A stretch of DNA of 64,000 nucleotides from Macrostomum lignano (lineage: Eukaryota): contig NIVC01000962.1 in assembly GCA_002269645.1 (NCBI GenBank), forward strand, positions 62,001 through 126,000, in the 5' to 3' direction. Below, piece by piece: positions 48,812 to 60,944 of the stretch. The notes below the pieces were generated by a model that was not told where the DNA came from, ran no database searches, and was given only the letters and a program-made list of their open reading frames with translations. Positions within the stretch are counted from its first letter, which is position 1. Each line of letters opens with the position of its first letter. A program made the position numbers and the translations under genes.

Positions 48812-50032
48812 GGTGTACACTAGACTTCAGTGAGTGTACAAGTCTGCAGCAGACATTATCGATCGGGGTGTACACTAGACTTCAGTGAGTGTACAAGTCT
48901 GCAGCAGACATTATCGATCGGGGTGTTCACTAGACTTCAGTGAGTGTACAAGTCTGCAGCAGACATTATCGATCGGGGTGTACACTAGACTTCAGTGAGT
49001 GTACAAGTCTGCAGCAGACATTATCGATCGGGGTGTACACTAGACTTCAGTGAGTGTACAAGTCTGCAGCAGACATTATCGATCGGGGTGTTCACTAGAC
49101 TTCAGTGAGTGTACAAGTCTGCAGCAGACATTATCGATCGGGGTGTACACTAGACTTCAGTGAGTGTACAAGTCTGCAGCAGACATTATCGATCGGGGTG
49201 TACACTAGACTTCAGTGAGTGTACAAGTCTGCAGCAGACATTATCGATCGGGGTGTACACTAGACTTCAGTGAGTGTACAAGTCTGCAGCAGACATTATC
49301 GATCGGGGTGTACACTAGACTTCAGTGAGTGTACAAGTCTGCAGCAGACATTATCGATCGGGGTGTACACTAGACTTCAGTGAGTGTACAAGTCTGTAGT
49401 GTGCATTATCGATCGGGGTGTACACTAGACTTCAGTGAGTGCACAATTGTCTGCAGCAGACATTATCGATCGGGGTGTACACTAGACTTCAGTGAGTGTA
49501 CAAGTCTGCAGCAGACATTATCGATCGGGGTGTACACTAGACTTCAGTGAGTGTACAAGTCTGCAGCAGACATTATCGATCGGGGTGTACACTAGACTTC
49601 AGTGAGTGTACAAGTCTGCAGCAGACATTATCGATCGGGGTGTACACTAGACTTCAGTGAGTGTACAAGTCTGCAGCAGACATTATCGATCGGGGTGTAC
49701 ACTAGACTTCAGTGAGTGTACAAGTCTGCAGCAGACATTATCGATCGGGGTGTACACTAGACTTCAGTGAGTGTACAAGTCTGCAGCAGACATTATCGAT
49801 CGGGGTGTACACTAGACTTCAGTGAGTGTACAAGTCTGCAGCAGACATTATCGATCGGGGTGTACACTAGACTTCAGTGAGTGTACAAGTCTGCAGCAGA
49901 CATTATCGATCGGGGTGTACACTAGACTTCAGTGAGTGTACAAGTCTGCAGCAGACATTATCGATCGGGGTGTACACTAGACTTCAGTGAGTGTACAAGT
50001 CTGCAGCAGACATTATCGATCGGGGTGTACAC
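48812..50032. repeat. Highly homogeneous 55-bp palindrome-rich minisatellite (~22 copies)
   Basis: Unit GGGGTGTACACTAGACTTCAGTGAGTGTACAAGTCTGCAGCAGACATTATCGATC. Confidence 0.98.
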
Positions 50033-50474
50033 AAAACGAAAAAATTCGCAGTATCTGAAAATCACACATCTCACCAAATATTCTAGCATAAATTTTTACG
50101 TAGCTGCATTTATCGAGTTTATTTTCCGGGAAATCATATAGCTCGTAATTTAAACGCCATGAGCGCATGTTAACAAAATGCGATCACTGTACAGAAGTCG
50201 GTTTAGTGAGATGAAATAATAAATATTACGAGGCGAGTCAAAACCAGCGACAGAACAAGAATGCAGATATACAAGTAAAGTAAGTGTATTAGCTCGTATG
50301 AATTCTCAAGTTACATAATAGACAATATAATATTACTTTTAGTAGGGATGAAGCGGCAATGATAACATTTACGCAACGATTCATTGGAGAGCATTTAATT
50401 AATCTGACATCTGCCACTTGAAAAGGTGAAAATACAAATGAATTTTTGCGCTTTAAGTTAATCAAATTTCTAAT

Positions 50475-51085
50475 CACTCTCACTTTCTCCCTGTTCACTC
50501 TATTTGTTCACTCTACCTATTCACTCTCTCCCATTCACTCTCCTATTCACTCTCCCTGTTCACTCTCCCTGCTCACCCTCCCTGTTCACTCTCCCTGTTC
50601 ACTCTCCCTGTTCACTCTCCCTGTTCACTCTCCCTGTTCACTCTCCCTGTTCACTCTCCCTGTTCACTCTCCCTGTTCACTCTCCCTGTTCACTCTCCCT
50701 GTTCACTCTCCCTGTTCACTCTCCCTGTTCACTCTCCCTGTTCACTCTGCCTGTTCACTCTCCCTGTTCACTCTCTCTGTTCACTCTACTTGCTCACTCT
50801 ACCTATTCACTCTCTCTCTCCATTCACTCTCCCTGTTCACTCTCCCTGTTCATTCTCCCTGCTCACCCTCCCTGTTCACTCTCCTTGTTCACTCTCCCTG
50901 TTCACTCTCCCTGTTCACTCTCTCTGTTCACTCTCCCTGTTCACTCTCTCTGTTCACTCTCTCTGTTCACTCTCCCTGCTCACCCTCCCTGTTCACTCTC
51001 CCTGTTCACTCTCCCTGCTCACCCTCCCTGTTCACTCTCTCCCATTCACTCTCCCTGTTCACTCTACTTGTTCACTCTACCTATT
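50475..51085. repeat. 13-bp minisatellite CCCTGTTCACTCT, 3' of the TFAP2 stop
   Basis: Direct periodicity. Confidence 0.93.
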
Positions 51086-51133
51086 CACTCTCCCTCGTCA
51101 TTCTTCCTGTTCATTTTCTGTTCACTTGGTCAG

Positions 51134-51461
51134 TCACTGCTTATCACTTCCCGGCGATTGATCCGGGGCCGAGAATGAACTGCTGCTGCTGCTTACACTC
51201 CGCCTAGCAACCGCTGCCATGGTGACGCTGTTGCTACTCGTGGCTCCACCGCCAGCTGCCAGCAGCTGCTCAGCCTCGGCCAGCATCCTCAGCAGGACGC
51301 TGAGCGCGGTGGTGAGGGCCGGCGCCCCGAACCCATGTGTGATGAGGCTGAAGTGTGCCAGCTGCCGCTGGGTTTCCGGATCCAGCAGCGGCGCCGGCCG
51401 GGTGTTGCACAGCGGCGAGCGGTCCTTGCTGAGCAGCTCAGCCACCTCCTGGATGAGGCAC
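51134..51461 (-). CDS. TFAP2: TFAP2 last exon
   Basis: CLIQEVAELLSKDRSPLCNTRPAPLLDPETQRQLAHFSLITHGFGAPA (helix-span-helix C-terminus); acceptor GCAG|G. Confidence 0.95.
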
Positions 51462-51974
51462 CTGCGTGCGGGTGAGGATTGAAGACCTGCTAGTTGGATT
51501 TCATTTAGTTGCCTAGTTTTAACCCCGCCCTCAAAATCTGGTTAAGTCCATTGAAAGCTGCTGTCCTCCCCGCTCTCCCCCGCCACCCTCTCAATATCCC
51601 TCTCCCTCTTAATCTCTGTCCCTCTCTCTCCTCAGAGCGAGACCGGTTGCTGGCCTGTCACAGTCACACGCGGTTCACTACCACCAATCTCAGTGTGAGC
51701 AGACGTTTCTTTCATGCTGTAATTTCTTTCTATTCAAAATCTTTATTTGCCTACTTTTATTAGTAGTCTAAATCGAATCTCTCACAGCTGTCACCCTCAA
51801 AGTCTCTCACCCCTCCCTCTCCCTCTCCCCCTCCCTCTCCCTCTCCCTCTCCCTCTCTCCCTCTCTCTCCCTCTCTCCCTTTCTCTGTCTTTCTTTCCTC
51901 TCCCAGACTTTTTTCCTTCTCACTCAATCTGTGAATTTATTGTTTTTTATCTGTTAAACCCAGTGCCAACTAAC

Positions 51975-52164
51975 CTGGCCGTTTGAATCGTTTGCCTCTG
52001 TTGCTGCAGCAGCAACTGCTGCTGTTGCTGTTGCTGCTGCTGCTGCTCCAAGGCCGCAGCCGCCTCAGTCCGCCAGCCCCTTGCCAGAGCGTCGGCGCAG
52101 GCCTTCGCCGGGAATTCCGTCTCGCAAAGGAAGTTGAAGTCGCGGGCGAGACGAACCGCTTCGC
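51975..52164 (-). CDS. TFAP2: TFAP2 exon ([20 protein letters not shown])
   Basis: Matches AP-2 [20 protein letters not shown]. 190 nt, phase 1 to phase 2, consistent with both neighbours. Confidence 0.95.
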
Positions 52165-52433
52165 CTGAAAAATTGTTTTTTTTCAATAAATTGGCATTCG
52201 ATTTGACTTATTAATTTGATTTTCAGTAGTCTCTTAAGGGCTTTTCGGTGGTTGTGGCATTGTAAACTATCTGATATTAAAACCTATCTCTGTGCCCTCC
52301 CCATTGTAAGACACTGTTAACTCTACTGTCGTAAGTAGCCGCGTTGCTTCTTTTAAGCCTTTTTACCGAAATTTGAAAAATCGAATCTATATAACGAGAC
52401 TTTCTGTAAACAAAATATTTTGGTAGAGACCTT

Positions 52434-53594
52434 CCCAGATCCTCAGTTGCTGGGCCAGCCGCCCAGATCCTCAGTTGCTGGGCCAGCCTCCCAGATCCTC
52501 AGTTGCTGGGCCAGCCTCCCAGATCCTCAATTGCTGGGCCAGCCTCCCAGATCCTCAATTGCTGGGCCAGCCTCCCAGATCCTCAGTTGCTGGGCCAGCT
52601 TCTCAGATCCTCAGTTGCTGTGCCAGCCTCTCAGATCCTCAGTTGCTGGGCCAGCCTCTCAGATCCTCAGTTGCTGGGTCAGCCTCCCAGATCCTCAGTT
52701 GCTGGGCCAGCCTCCCAGATCCTCAGTTGCTGGGCCAGCCTCCCAGATCCTCAATTGCTGGGCCAGCCTCCCAGATCCTCAATTGCTGGGCCAGCCTCCC
52801 AGATCCTCAGTTGCTGGGCCAGCTTCTCAGATCCTCAGTTGCTGTGCCAGCCTCCCAGATCCTCAGTTGCTGGGCCAGCCTCTCAGATCCTCAGTTGCTG
52901 GGTCAGCCTCCCAGATCCTCAGTTGCTGGGCCAGCCTCCCAGATCCTCAGTTGCTGGGCCAGCCTCCCAGATCCTCAGTTGCTGGGCCAGCCTCTCAGAT
53001 CCTCAGTTGCTGTGCCAGCCTTTCAGATCCTCAGTTGCTGGGCCAGCCTCTCAGATCCTCAGTTGCTGGGTCAGCCTCCCAGATCCTCAGTTGCTGGGCC
53101 AGCCTCCCAGATCCCGAGTTGCTGGGCCAGCCTCCCAGATCCTCAGTTGCTGGGCCAGCCGCCCAGATCCTCAGTTGCTGGGCCAGCCTCCCAGATCCTC
53201 AGTTGCTGGGCCAGCCTCCCAGATCCTCAGTTGCTGGGCCAGCCTCTCAGATCCTCAGTTGCTGTGCCAGCCTTTCAGATCCTCAGTTGCTGGGCCAGCC
53301 TCTCAGATCCTCAGTTGCTGGGTCAGCCTCCCAGATCCTCAGTTGCTGGGCCAGCCTCCCAGATCCCCAGTTGCTGGGCCAGCCTCCCAGATCCTCAGTT
53401 GCTGGGCCAGCCTCTCAGATCCTCGGTTGCTGGGCCAGCCTCCCAGATCCTCAGTTGCTGGGTCAGCCTCCCAGATCCTCAGTTGCTGGGCCAGCCTCCC
53501 AGATCCTCAGTTGCTGGGCCAGCCTCCCAGATCCTCAGTTGCTGGGCCAGCCTCCCAGATCCTCAGTTTCTGGACCACCGCCCCAGATCCTCAC
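52434..53594. repeat. 28-bp minisatellite family, locus 3 (~41 copies), TFAP2 intron
   Basis: Same unit as 38208; the last degenerate unit overlaps the splice donor. Confidence 0.97.
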
Positions 53595-54044
53595 CCTCCA
53601 CCAGCGAGGTGAACAGGGTCACCGCGGCCGCCTTCCGCCTCCCCGCCGGCAAGCTGAGCCCGATGCCGTCCAGGCTGCTCCGCAGCGACCGGCCGCCGTC
53701 TTTGCTCTTCGCCCTTCGAAGCACCCCGCCGAGTAGCGAGGCATTCAGGCACTCCGGCGCTCCCAGACGGCGCTGAATCTCTGCGGTGGTGACCCGGTAC
53801 TTGGAGGTGCTGGACAGCAGGCTCAGGCGGCCGGGAACCGAGCAGAAGAAGTCCTGACCTTCGCCACCGCCGCCGCCACCGCCGCCGCTCTCGATGTCAA
53901 CGTCGACCCCGCAGATGCCGGCGTCCTCATCCTCTGACTCTTCATCGCCGTTGTTGTCTGTGGACGCCTCCGAGCTGCAGTAGTCTATGGTCGGAACCGG
54001 CTGCTGCTGAGGCCGCAACTCGTCGAGTCTGGCGGGTTCTTTGC
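53595..54044 (-). CDS. TFAP2: TFAP2 DNA-binding basic-region exon
   Basis: [71 protein letters not shown]. Donor G|GTGAGG. The 5' boundary (TTCGCAG|GC, phase 1) is less certain. Confidence 0.95.
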
Positions 54045-54081
54045 CTGCGAATATTTTTTATGAATTCAGGTCAGTCGTTGT

Positions 54082-54238
54082 GTACTTTGCGTCTCTTATC
54101 TCATGTCTACTTTGCGTCTCTTATCTCATGTCTACTCTGCGTCTCTTATCTCATGTCTACTTTGCGTCTCTTATCTCATGTCTACTATGCGTCTCTTATT
54201 TCATGTCTACTTTGCGTCTCTAATCTCATGTCGACTTT
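54082..54238. repeat. 25-bp minisatellite TACTTTGCGTCTCTTATCTCATGTC (~6 copies)
   Basis: Direct periodicity. Confidence 0.9.
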
Positions 54239-55391
54239 TGAATTTTCTCATTTTTTATAGAAAAACAAATTCGATTGGCAGGCTTGAGAACGGGAGGCCA
54301 ACTTGGGCACACAGCAGTCCCCGGCAGGAGGAGCATCGGCTCGGTGGCGGCAGAAGCGGCTTGGAGGGCGGGGCACTCATTTCCGAGAAACACGGGCAAG
54401 GACGGCAGCGGCTCTGAGAGGGGCTCGAAAAGGGGGCCGGGCCGCCAGCCGCAGCCATGAAAACTGTCGACCAGATCTCGCCTCGGGCCCCCCCCCCCTG
54501 AGCACGCTCTTGCTCACCAACTCACTCTTTTCCCGCTGAGCACACGGACAAGCCGCCTAACTAACCCCCCCCCCCTCTCTCCACTCTGACTATGCCTCTC
54601 TTTTGTGAATTTTTACGCCCTGAGGGTTGGTTTTTGGGGGAGGGGAGGAGGTGTCCGCGATCTGCCACAATCTATACCTCACCGGCCTCCCTGCTCCACC
54701 CACAGCCCCCCTGTAGGACTCTTGAATTCTGAGGCAAGATGAAGGCCTGCGGTTGTAAGCATAGGAGGCTTAGACAAGAGCGAAACTGGGCCAATTAACC
54801 TGGGTGGCGAGGGATTCTGGGAGCTCAGAGTGAGGCGGCTCATGTCATCCGGGATGTGTGATGAAGCGGCAGGGGGGCGGGCTAGGGATGCGGTGTGTTT
54901 GCTCTCGGCAGGAGGTCCGAAACTGTTGTCTGTCAGTTTTTTTCCCCCCGCCCCCCGGCTCACCTTTTGCCAGAGCGAAGTGCTGAGGCAGACCAGCCGA
55001 GTTCGCGCTGCCCGGCTGAAAAAAAGATTCGGAAAAAAACGCTTTAAAGATATGAAAAGATTTCTAATATCGACTTCCGAGATAATTTAGAAGCCACCTG
55101 ACTTGCCCCGGCACCTCTGCGAAATTATCCGAAAGTGAAATTTGATGCAGATAATTTTAACTTCCTCTCCTAGTTCGAATTGCTCAATTAAATTGTGAGC
55201 AGGGCGCCAATTATGAGCTGGCCTCGGATTTCAATCGGGGCTTTTTGAAAATTTTCCAATTTTTCAACACTTTCCACTGGCCTGGCAACTGTTGCCTGTA
55301 CCCTCCTCTTCCGTGACTGCCGACTTACTGAGCTCTGCTTTGATTCTCCTTTCATTGCCGCTCCCGACCCGCTGCTGGCGATAACCTGATT

Positions 55392-56180
55392 GCCTCTCCC
55401 TCTCCTCTCTCCTCCCCCTCTCTCTCCTCGCCTCTACCTCTCTCCACCTCTCTCCTTCCAATCTCTCCCCCCTCTCTCCTCCCCCTCTTCTCTCCCTCTC
55501 TCCTCTCTCTCCTCCCCCTCTCTCCTCCCCTCTCCTCCCCTCTTCTCTCCCTCTCTCCTTCCCCCTCTCTCCTCCCCCTCTCCTCCCCCTCTCCTCCCCT
55601 CTCTCCTCCCCCTCTCCTCTCCCTCTCTCCTCCCCCTCTCCTTCCCTCTCTCCCCTCTCTTCTCCCCTCTCTCTCCTCGCCTCTACCTCTCTCCACCTCT
55701 CTCCTTCCAATCTCTCCCCCTCTCTCCTCCCCCTCTTCTCTCCCTCCCTCCTCTCTCTCTCCTCCCCTCTCTCCTCCCCCTCTCCTCCCCCTCTTCTCTC
55801 CCTCTCTCCTTCCCCCTCTCTCCTCCCCCTCTCTCCTCCCCTCTCCTCTCCCTCTCTCCTCCCCCTCTCCTCCCCTCTTCTCTCCCTCTCTCCTCCCCCC
55901 CTCTCTCCTCCCCCTCTCTACCTCTCCCATTCCCTTCTCTCCTCCCCCTCTCCTCCCCCTCTTCTCTCCCTCTCTCCTCCCTCCCTCTCTCCTCCCTCCC
56001 TCTCTCCTCCCCCTCTCTACCTCTCCCATTCCCTTTTCTCCTCCCCCTCTCCTCCCCCTCTTCTCTCCTTCTCTCCTCCCCCCTCTCTCCTCCCCCTCTC
56101 TACCTCTCCCATTCCCTTCTCTCCTTCCCCTCTCCCCCCTCTCTCCTTTACTTCTCTCCTTTCTCATTTCTCTCTCTCAT
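55392..56180. repeat. ~790-bp polypyrimidine/polypurine low-complexity tract
   Basis: Almost only C/T on the + strand, with an internal ~250-bp duplication (55420 and 55670). Confidence 0.95.
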
Positions 56181-57081
56181 CCCATTCTTTTCTCACTCCC
56201 TGCTCCTCAAATCGCTGCTCATCCAACGCCTTTACACAGGTAGCAATTAATTAGCCAGCAAATAGACACAAGCAGCACTCGGGAAGCCAGGGTCATTCTA
56301 GCAACCTGGATACCTGAGCACTGCTGCACTAAATTGATGGTCAGGAGTCTCCGACTGTATCTGGGCTGGCAATTCTGAGCGCCAAGACAAGTTTGTTTCC
56401 TAGAAACACAGCCTGACATCAACTTGGTTGCCAAGAGTCGGTCGAGGGTCCAGCCTTAGCGATCTGGCTCTGAAAGGGGCTTAAAAAGCATCTCAAAAGA
56501 TCCCCATAATGAGGGCCGGCTCTTACTCACCAGCGCCCCTCATTGATGCAATATCCCCTCGGGCCCATGACAACACAGCCCTTACTCTCCTCTTCCCCTT
56601 ACGAGCTAAACATTTCCTACAGCCAAACCTATATTGCAGCGAAGACTTTCCACGAAAAACAACAGTCAAATTTGTGGATTACAAAGGAGAGGCTCCAGTC
56701 GGTCATAAGAAACGACTGGGAAGAGTTCGGTGAGGCGTGAAGGCAGACTCTGGCATGCTTGTGTGGCTCTTGACAGCTCACAGGTTCCAGCTGGAAGTTG
56801 GAACTTGTCTGGGGTTCCGTGTCCTGGCCTATTAGTGCCCAGCTCAAGCAGCAAGGTGGAGATCTCAGAAGCAATTTTAAGCTTATCAAAGTGAGCACAG
56901 GTGGACGGAATTAACAGAGATTTGATTTGTCCATTTAGCCAGCAAAACTTTTCGAGTATTGAAATTTCGACTATCGATAGCAACTCGAGATAGAGGCGGG
57001 TTGTCACGCGAACTGCTCTTGACTGGCCGGTGGTTTACAATGGATTTGAAATTGGACTCCATTCGGAACAGGGGAACAGGA

Positions 57082-57435
57082 GAGACAGGGTGACAGGGTG
57101 ACAGGGTGACAGGGTAACAGAGTGACAGGGTGACAGAGTGACAGGGTGACAGAGTGACAGGGTGACAGAGTGACAGGGTGACAGAGTGACAGGGTGACAG
57201 AGTGACAGGGTGACAGGGTGACAGAGTGACAGAGTGACAGAGTGACAGGGTGACAGGGTGACAGAGTGACAGGGTGACAGGGTGACAGGGTGACAGAGTG
57301 ACAGAGTGATAGGGTGACAGAGTGACAGAGTGACAGGGTGACAGAGTGACAGGGTGACATAGTGACAGGGTGACAGGGTGACAGAGTGACAGGGTGACAG
57401 AGTGACGGGCGACAGAGTGACAGGGTGACAGGGTT
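57082..57435. repeat. 8-bp two-state repeat GTGACAG(A/G)
   Basis: Direct periodicity. Confidence 0.93.
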
Positions 57436-57641
57436 TTCAGGGGTGACAAAGGGTCTCCAGGGATGACAGAGTTTCCAAGAGTGACAGGGTTCTCAGGGCT
57501 TCCAGGGTTCCCAGGATTTCCAGGGTTTCCAGGGCTTCCAGGGTTTCTAGGGTTTTCAGGGGGACAGGGGTGACAAGAGAGGATTAAATCGCATTCATCT
57601 TATTTATTCGCTCAAAAACCTTCAATCTTGTCAAATCTCAC

Positions 57642-57863
57642 CAGCTGCTCCTGACACATTGATGTGGAGACTGATGTCAGAGCCGTCACGTGCTGCTGAT
57701 GCTGCTGGCTGTGCTGCAAATGCTGCTGAAGATGAGAGTGCTGTTGATGAGGTGGCAGCTGCTGCTGCTGGTGCTGATACTGCTGGGTCGCTGCCGCCGC
57801 CGCGTACATCGAGCTGTAAGAATTGGCAGCCGCGAACTGCTGCCACGGGTCCTGGAACTCGAA
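57642..57863 (-). CDS. TFAP2: Probable TFAP2 Gln/His-rich activation-domain exon
   Basis: FEFQDPWQQFAAANSY..QQHQQQQ; acceptor TGCCAG|TTC and donor CTG|GTGAGA. Phase 0 at this donor does not match the next exon (phase 1). An alternative donor at 57620|GTTTTT or a missing exon is needed. Confidence 0.65.
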
Positions 57864-57937
57864 CTGGCATGGGTGGGGTAGAAATTGGTTGGAGCTGCCA
57901 GCTGTCTTGGAGTCTGCTGTCATCTCTTCTCCCCTCT

Positions 57938-57938
57938 C

Positions 57939-58015
<77 letters not shown>

Positions 58016-58040
58016 CTCTCTCCGCTCTCTCCGCTCTCTC

Positions 58041-58087
<47 letters not shown>

Positions 58088-58385
58088 CTCTCTCCGATCT
58101 CTCCGCTCTCTCTCTCTCTCTCTCTCCACTCTCTCTCTCTCTCTCCGCTCTCTCCGCTCTCTCCGCTCTCTCCGCTCTCTCTCCACTCTCTCCCCTCTCT
58201 CCGCTTTCTCCGCTCTCTCCGCTCTCTCCGCTCTCTCTCCACTCTCTCCCCTCTCTGCGCTCTCTCCGCTCTCTCTCCTCTCTCCGCTCTCTCCGCTCTC
58301 TCCCCTCTCTCCGCTCTCTCCGCTCTCTCTCTCTCTCTCTCTCTCTCTCCGCTCTCTCCGCTCTCTCCCCTCTCTCCGCTCTCTC

Positions 58386-58418
<33 letters not shown>

Positions 58419-58545
58419 CTCTCTCCGCTCTCTCCGCTCTCTGCGCTCTCTCCGCTCTCTCTCTCTCTCTCCGCTCTCTCCGCTCTCTCTCCGCTCTCTC
58501 CGCTCTCTCTCCGCTCTCTCTCCGCTCTCTCCGCTCTTTCCCTCT
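57938..58545. repeat. (CT)n microsatellite interrupted by CCG
   Basis: Direct inspection; source of the poly-ER and poly-SL ORFs. Confidence 0.95.
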
Positions 58546-58635
58546 CTGCGTCAGGGTTTAAGAAATTTTTCCTCTCTCTCTGTTCTCTCTAAGACCGTAA
58601 CAAATGAGCCTAGCTCGTATTTTTATGAGTCTCAC

Positions 58636-58867
58636 CTGATGAGACCCGGCCGCTGCTGGCAGGTGATAGGGCGGCGGAAAGTACGGAGGCTGGAAGTCGC
58701 CGCCCATGGCGCCGCTAACGCCACTGGCGCCGCCGATGCCAACATCGCCAGCGATTGGGTTGAAGACTGCGGCTGGCAGGTGCGGTGGCATCGGGCTGGA
58801 CTGCTCAATCTGCTGCACTAGACTGACCCCCTGCTGGGCCGCCTGCCGCCGCTCCTGCGGGGTGGGA
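58636..58867 (-). CDS. TFAP2: TFAP2 exon with PY motif
   Basis: [11 protein letters not shown] is the AP-2 PY motif; donor CAG|GTGAGA; acceptor either GTCAG|T (58867) or CGCAG|GAG (58854). Confidence 0.9.
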
Positions 58868-58878
58868 CTGACACCGTG

Positions 58879-59103
<225 letters not shown>

Positions 59104-59473
59104 GACAGGACATAAAGCCAACTCACCGCTCCATGATAATCTCCATACGTGAGCAGTCTCTGGTCCAGGACGGGCATTTCTCTGTTCAAGGATATCTGAG
59201 CTTGGGAGATGTCTCTCTGTGGATTTTCAGCTTCCCAGAAATCACAGCGAGCAAGTTGACGGGCAAAATTCTTCTTGCAGAGGCAGAAGAAGCCACTCGG
59301 AGTCCCCCTGCTCACCCTGCTCAGACTGCGCTGCGATTCCATTGGCTCGTCTCAATCGAGCAGTGGCTGAGCTGCTCTCCCCTAACTGGCTGGGAGAATT
59401 GGGAGAATGAGGGAGCGGGGATCTCACCCGCTCTGCTCAGCCCTAACTTTGCAAAATTATTTATCAGTCTTAC

Positions 59474-59490
59474 CTGTCAGTCAGTCGCAT
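59474..59490 (-). CDS. TFAP2: Candidate TFAP2 first coding exon (MRLTD|S)
   Basis: ATGCGACTGACTGACAG|GTAAGA, phase 2, fits the acceptor at 58867. No homology support. Confidence 0.4.
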
Positions 59491-59839
59491 TCGTGCCACT
59501 TTTCAAAATAATGCTTACCTAACGAGTGATTTGAGTCTAGGGGATTTAGTTATAAACAAGCGGCTTTGGGGATAATTCGGGAAGTTCAGTCTGGCAGAAG
59601 GGATAATGGCGGAGCGCGGCCGGCCAGTCATGCGGCAGAGTTGAGTCGCTTTGTTTTGGAACGTGACAAAATTTTTATGAATGAAAACTCAATTCTGCAG
59701 CTGATAATCTCAGCCCAGGTATGGTGAGACGTGAGAGAATGAGACAGATTTTATTGAATTGGAACGGTATAAAGAAGACATTAAAATTAGTGAGATTGGA
59801 TTAGGAAGGCTGAACTTAGTTAAGTGAGATTGAAGACAA

Positions 59840-60330
59840 CAGACGTGAGATCGGATACAGAAGGGTTGAGATTAGATGCAGAAGGGTAAGATCGGATACA
59901 GTAGGGTTAAGATTGAATACAGATGTGGTGAGATTAGATACAGAAGGGTGAGATCAGATACAGATGGGTGAGATCAGATACAGAGAGGGTAAGATTGGAT
60001 ACAGTATAGGTGAGATTAAATACAGAAGGGGTGGGAATAGATACAGAAGGTGTTAGATTTGATACGGTAAGGGTGAGATTGGATTCAGAGGGGGTGAGAT
60101 TCGATACAGTAGGGGTAAGATTGAATACAGAGAGGGTCAGATTGAATACAGAAGCGGCGAGATTCGATACAGAGGGAGTGAGATTTTATACAGTAGGGGT
60201 GAGATAGGATACAGATGGGGTGAGATTAGATACAGTGGGGCGAGATTAAATACAGAAGGGGTGAGATTAGATACAGTGGGGTGAGATTAAATACAGAAGG
60301 GGTGAGAATAGATACAGAATGGGTGAGATG
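59840..60330. repeat. Degenerate ~22-24-bp repeat GTGAGATTAGATACAGAAGGG
   Basis: Recurrent GAGATT..ATACAG motif. Confidence 0.85.
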
Positions 60331-60944
60331 GTAATTGCACTGCAGGTAGAAGGTGGGATGAAATCCGTGACCGGGAATCGAACTTGAGTCTTTCATAAAA
60401 ATATCGATCGGTGTCTGCTAGAGAATATGTGAGGCAGGCATATTGGATTGCGGGAGATTCGGGGTCAAACATGAGCAGTCAGGTGACCAAGAGGCAATAC
60501 GCTCGTAACAAGACCAGCGACATTCAGACGGTACAACCCCAAGATGGATTCCAAGACGACCACTTCAGAAGCGGGAGCAGAGTCTGAGAGGGAGACAATG
60601 ATTTCGATAGGAAGCGATCGATGCCACTCATGCACCTCATGAATAAGTAATTGGAGAAATATGAGATTGGGTGAAAATGGTCTGCAGTGCTTTGTGAGCA
60701 CATCTTAACGGTGAATTGACAGCACTATGCTTTCTTTTTTTCTGTGTCTGATTGTACCTTGACCTCAGCGAGTCTCGATCTATTGAGTAGGTCCACAGAC
60801 TGGTGTAGGCCACCTGTTCACTCATTCAGGACTGAATGAATGCGATGAAGATTCTGATCTATAAGTAACTTCTTTTGAAAGACAAGCTTTTTGCTGCCTC
60901 TAACTTTTTCATGATTGGGTGGTCATGTTGACGGCATGACTAGG

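Noticed and set aside
12772-50032. CRISPR arrays (64/65-bp, 55-bp and 36-bp repeats)
   Set aside because: Units are head-to-tail with no unique spacers; no cas genes; eukaryotic context.
52420-53776. 370-440-aa ORFs on +
   Set aside because: Translations of the 28-bp array and antisense to TFAP2.
55329-55385. 57-nt extra TFAP2 exon with a perfect GTAAGT donor
   Set aside because: The acceptor is preceded by a purine tract and the exon does not fix the phase mismatch; unsupported without RNA data.
58635-58685. CTGATGA...GAAA hammerhead on +
   Set aside because: Lacks the conserved C before GAAA and a stem II; lies antisense to the TFAP2 PY motif.
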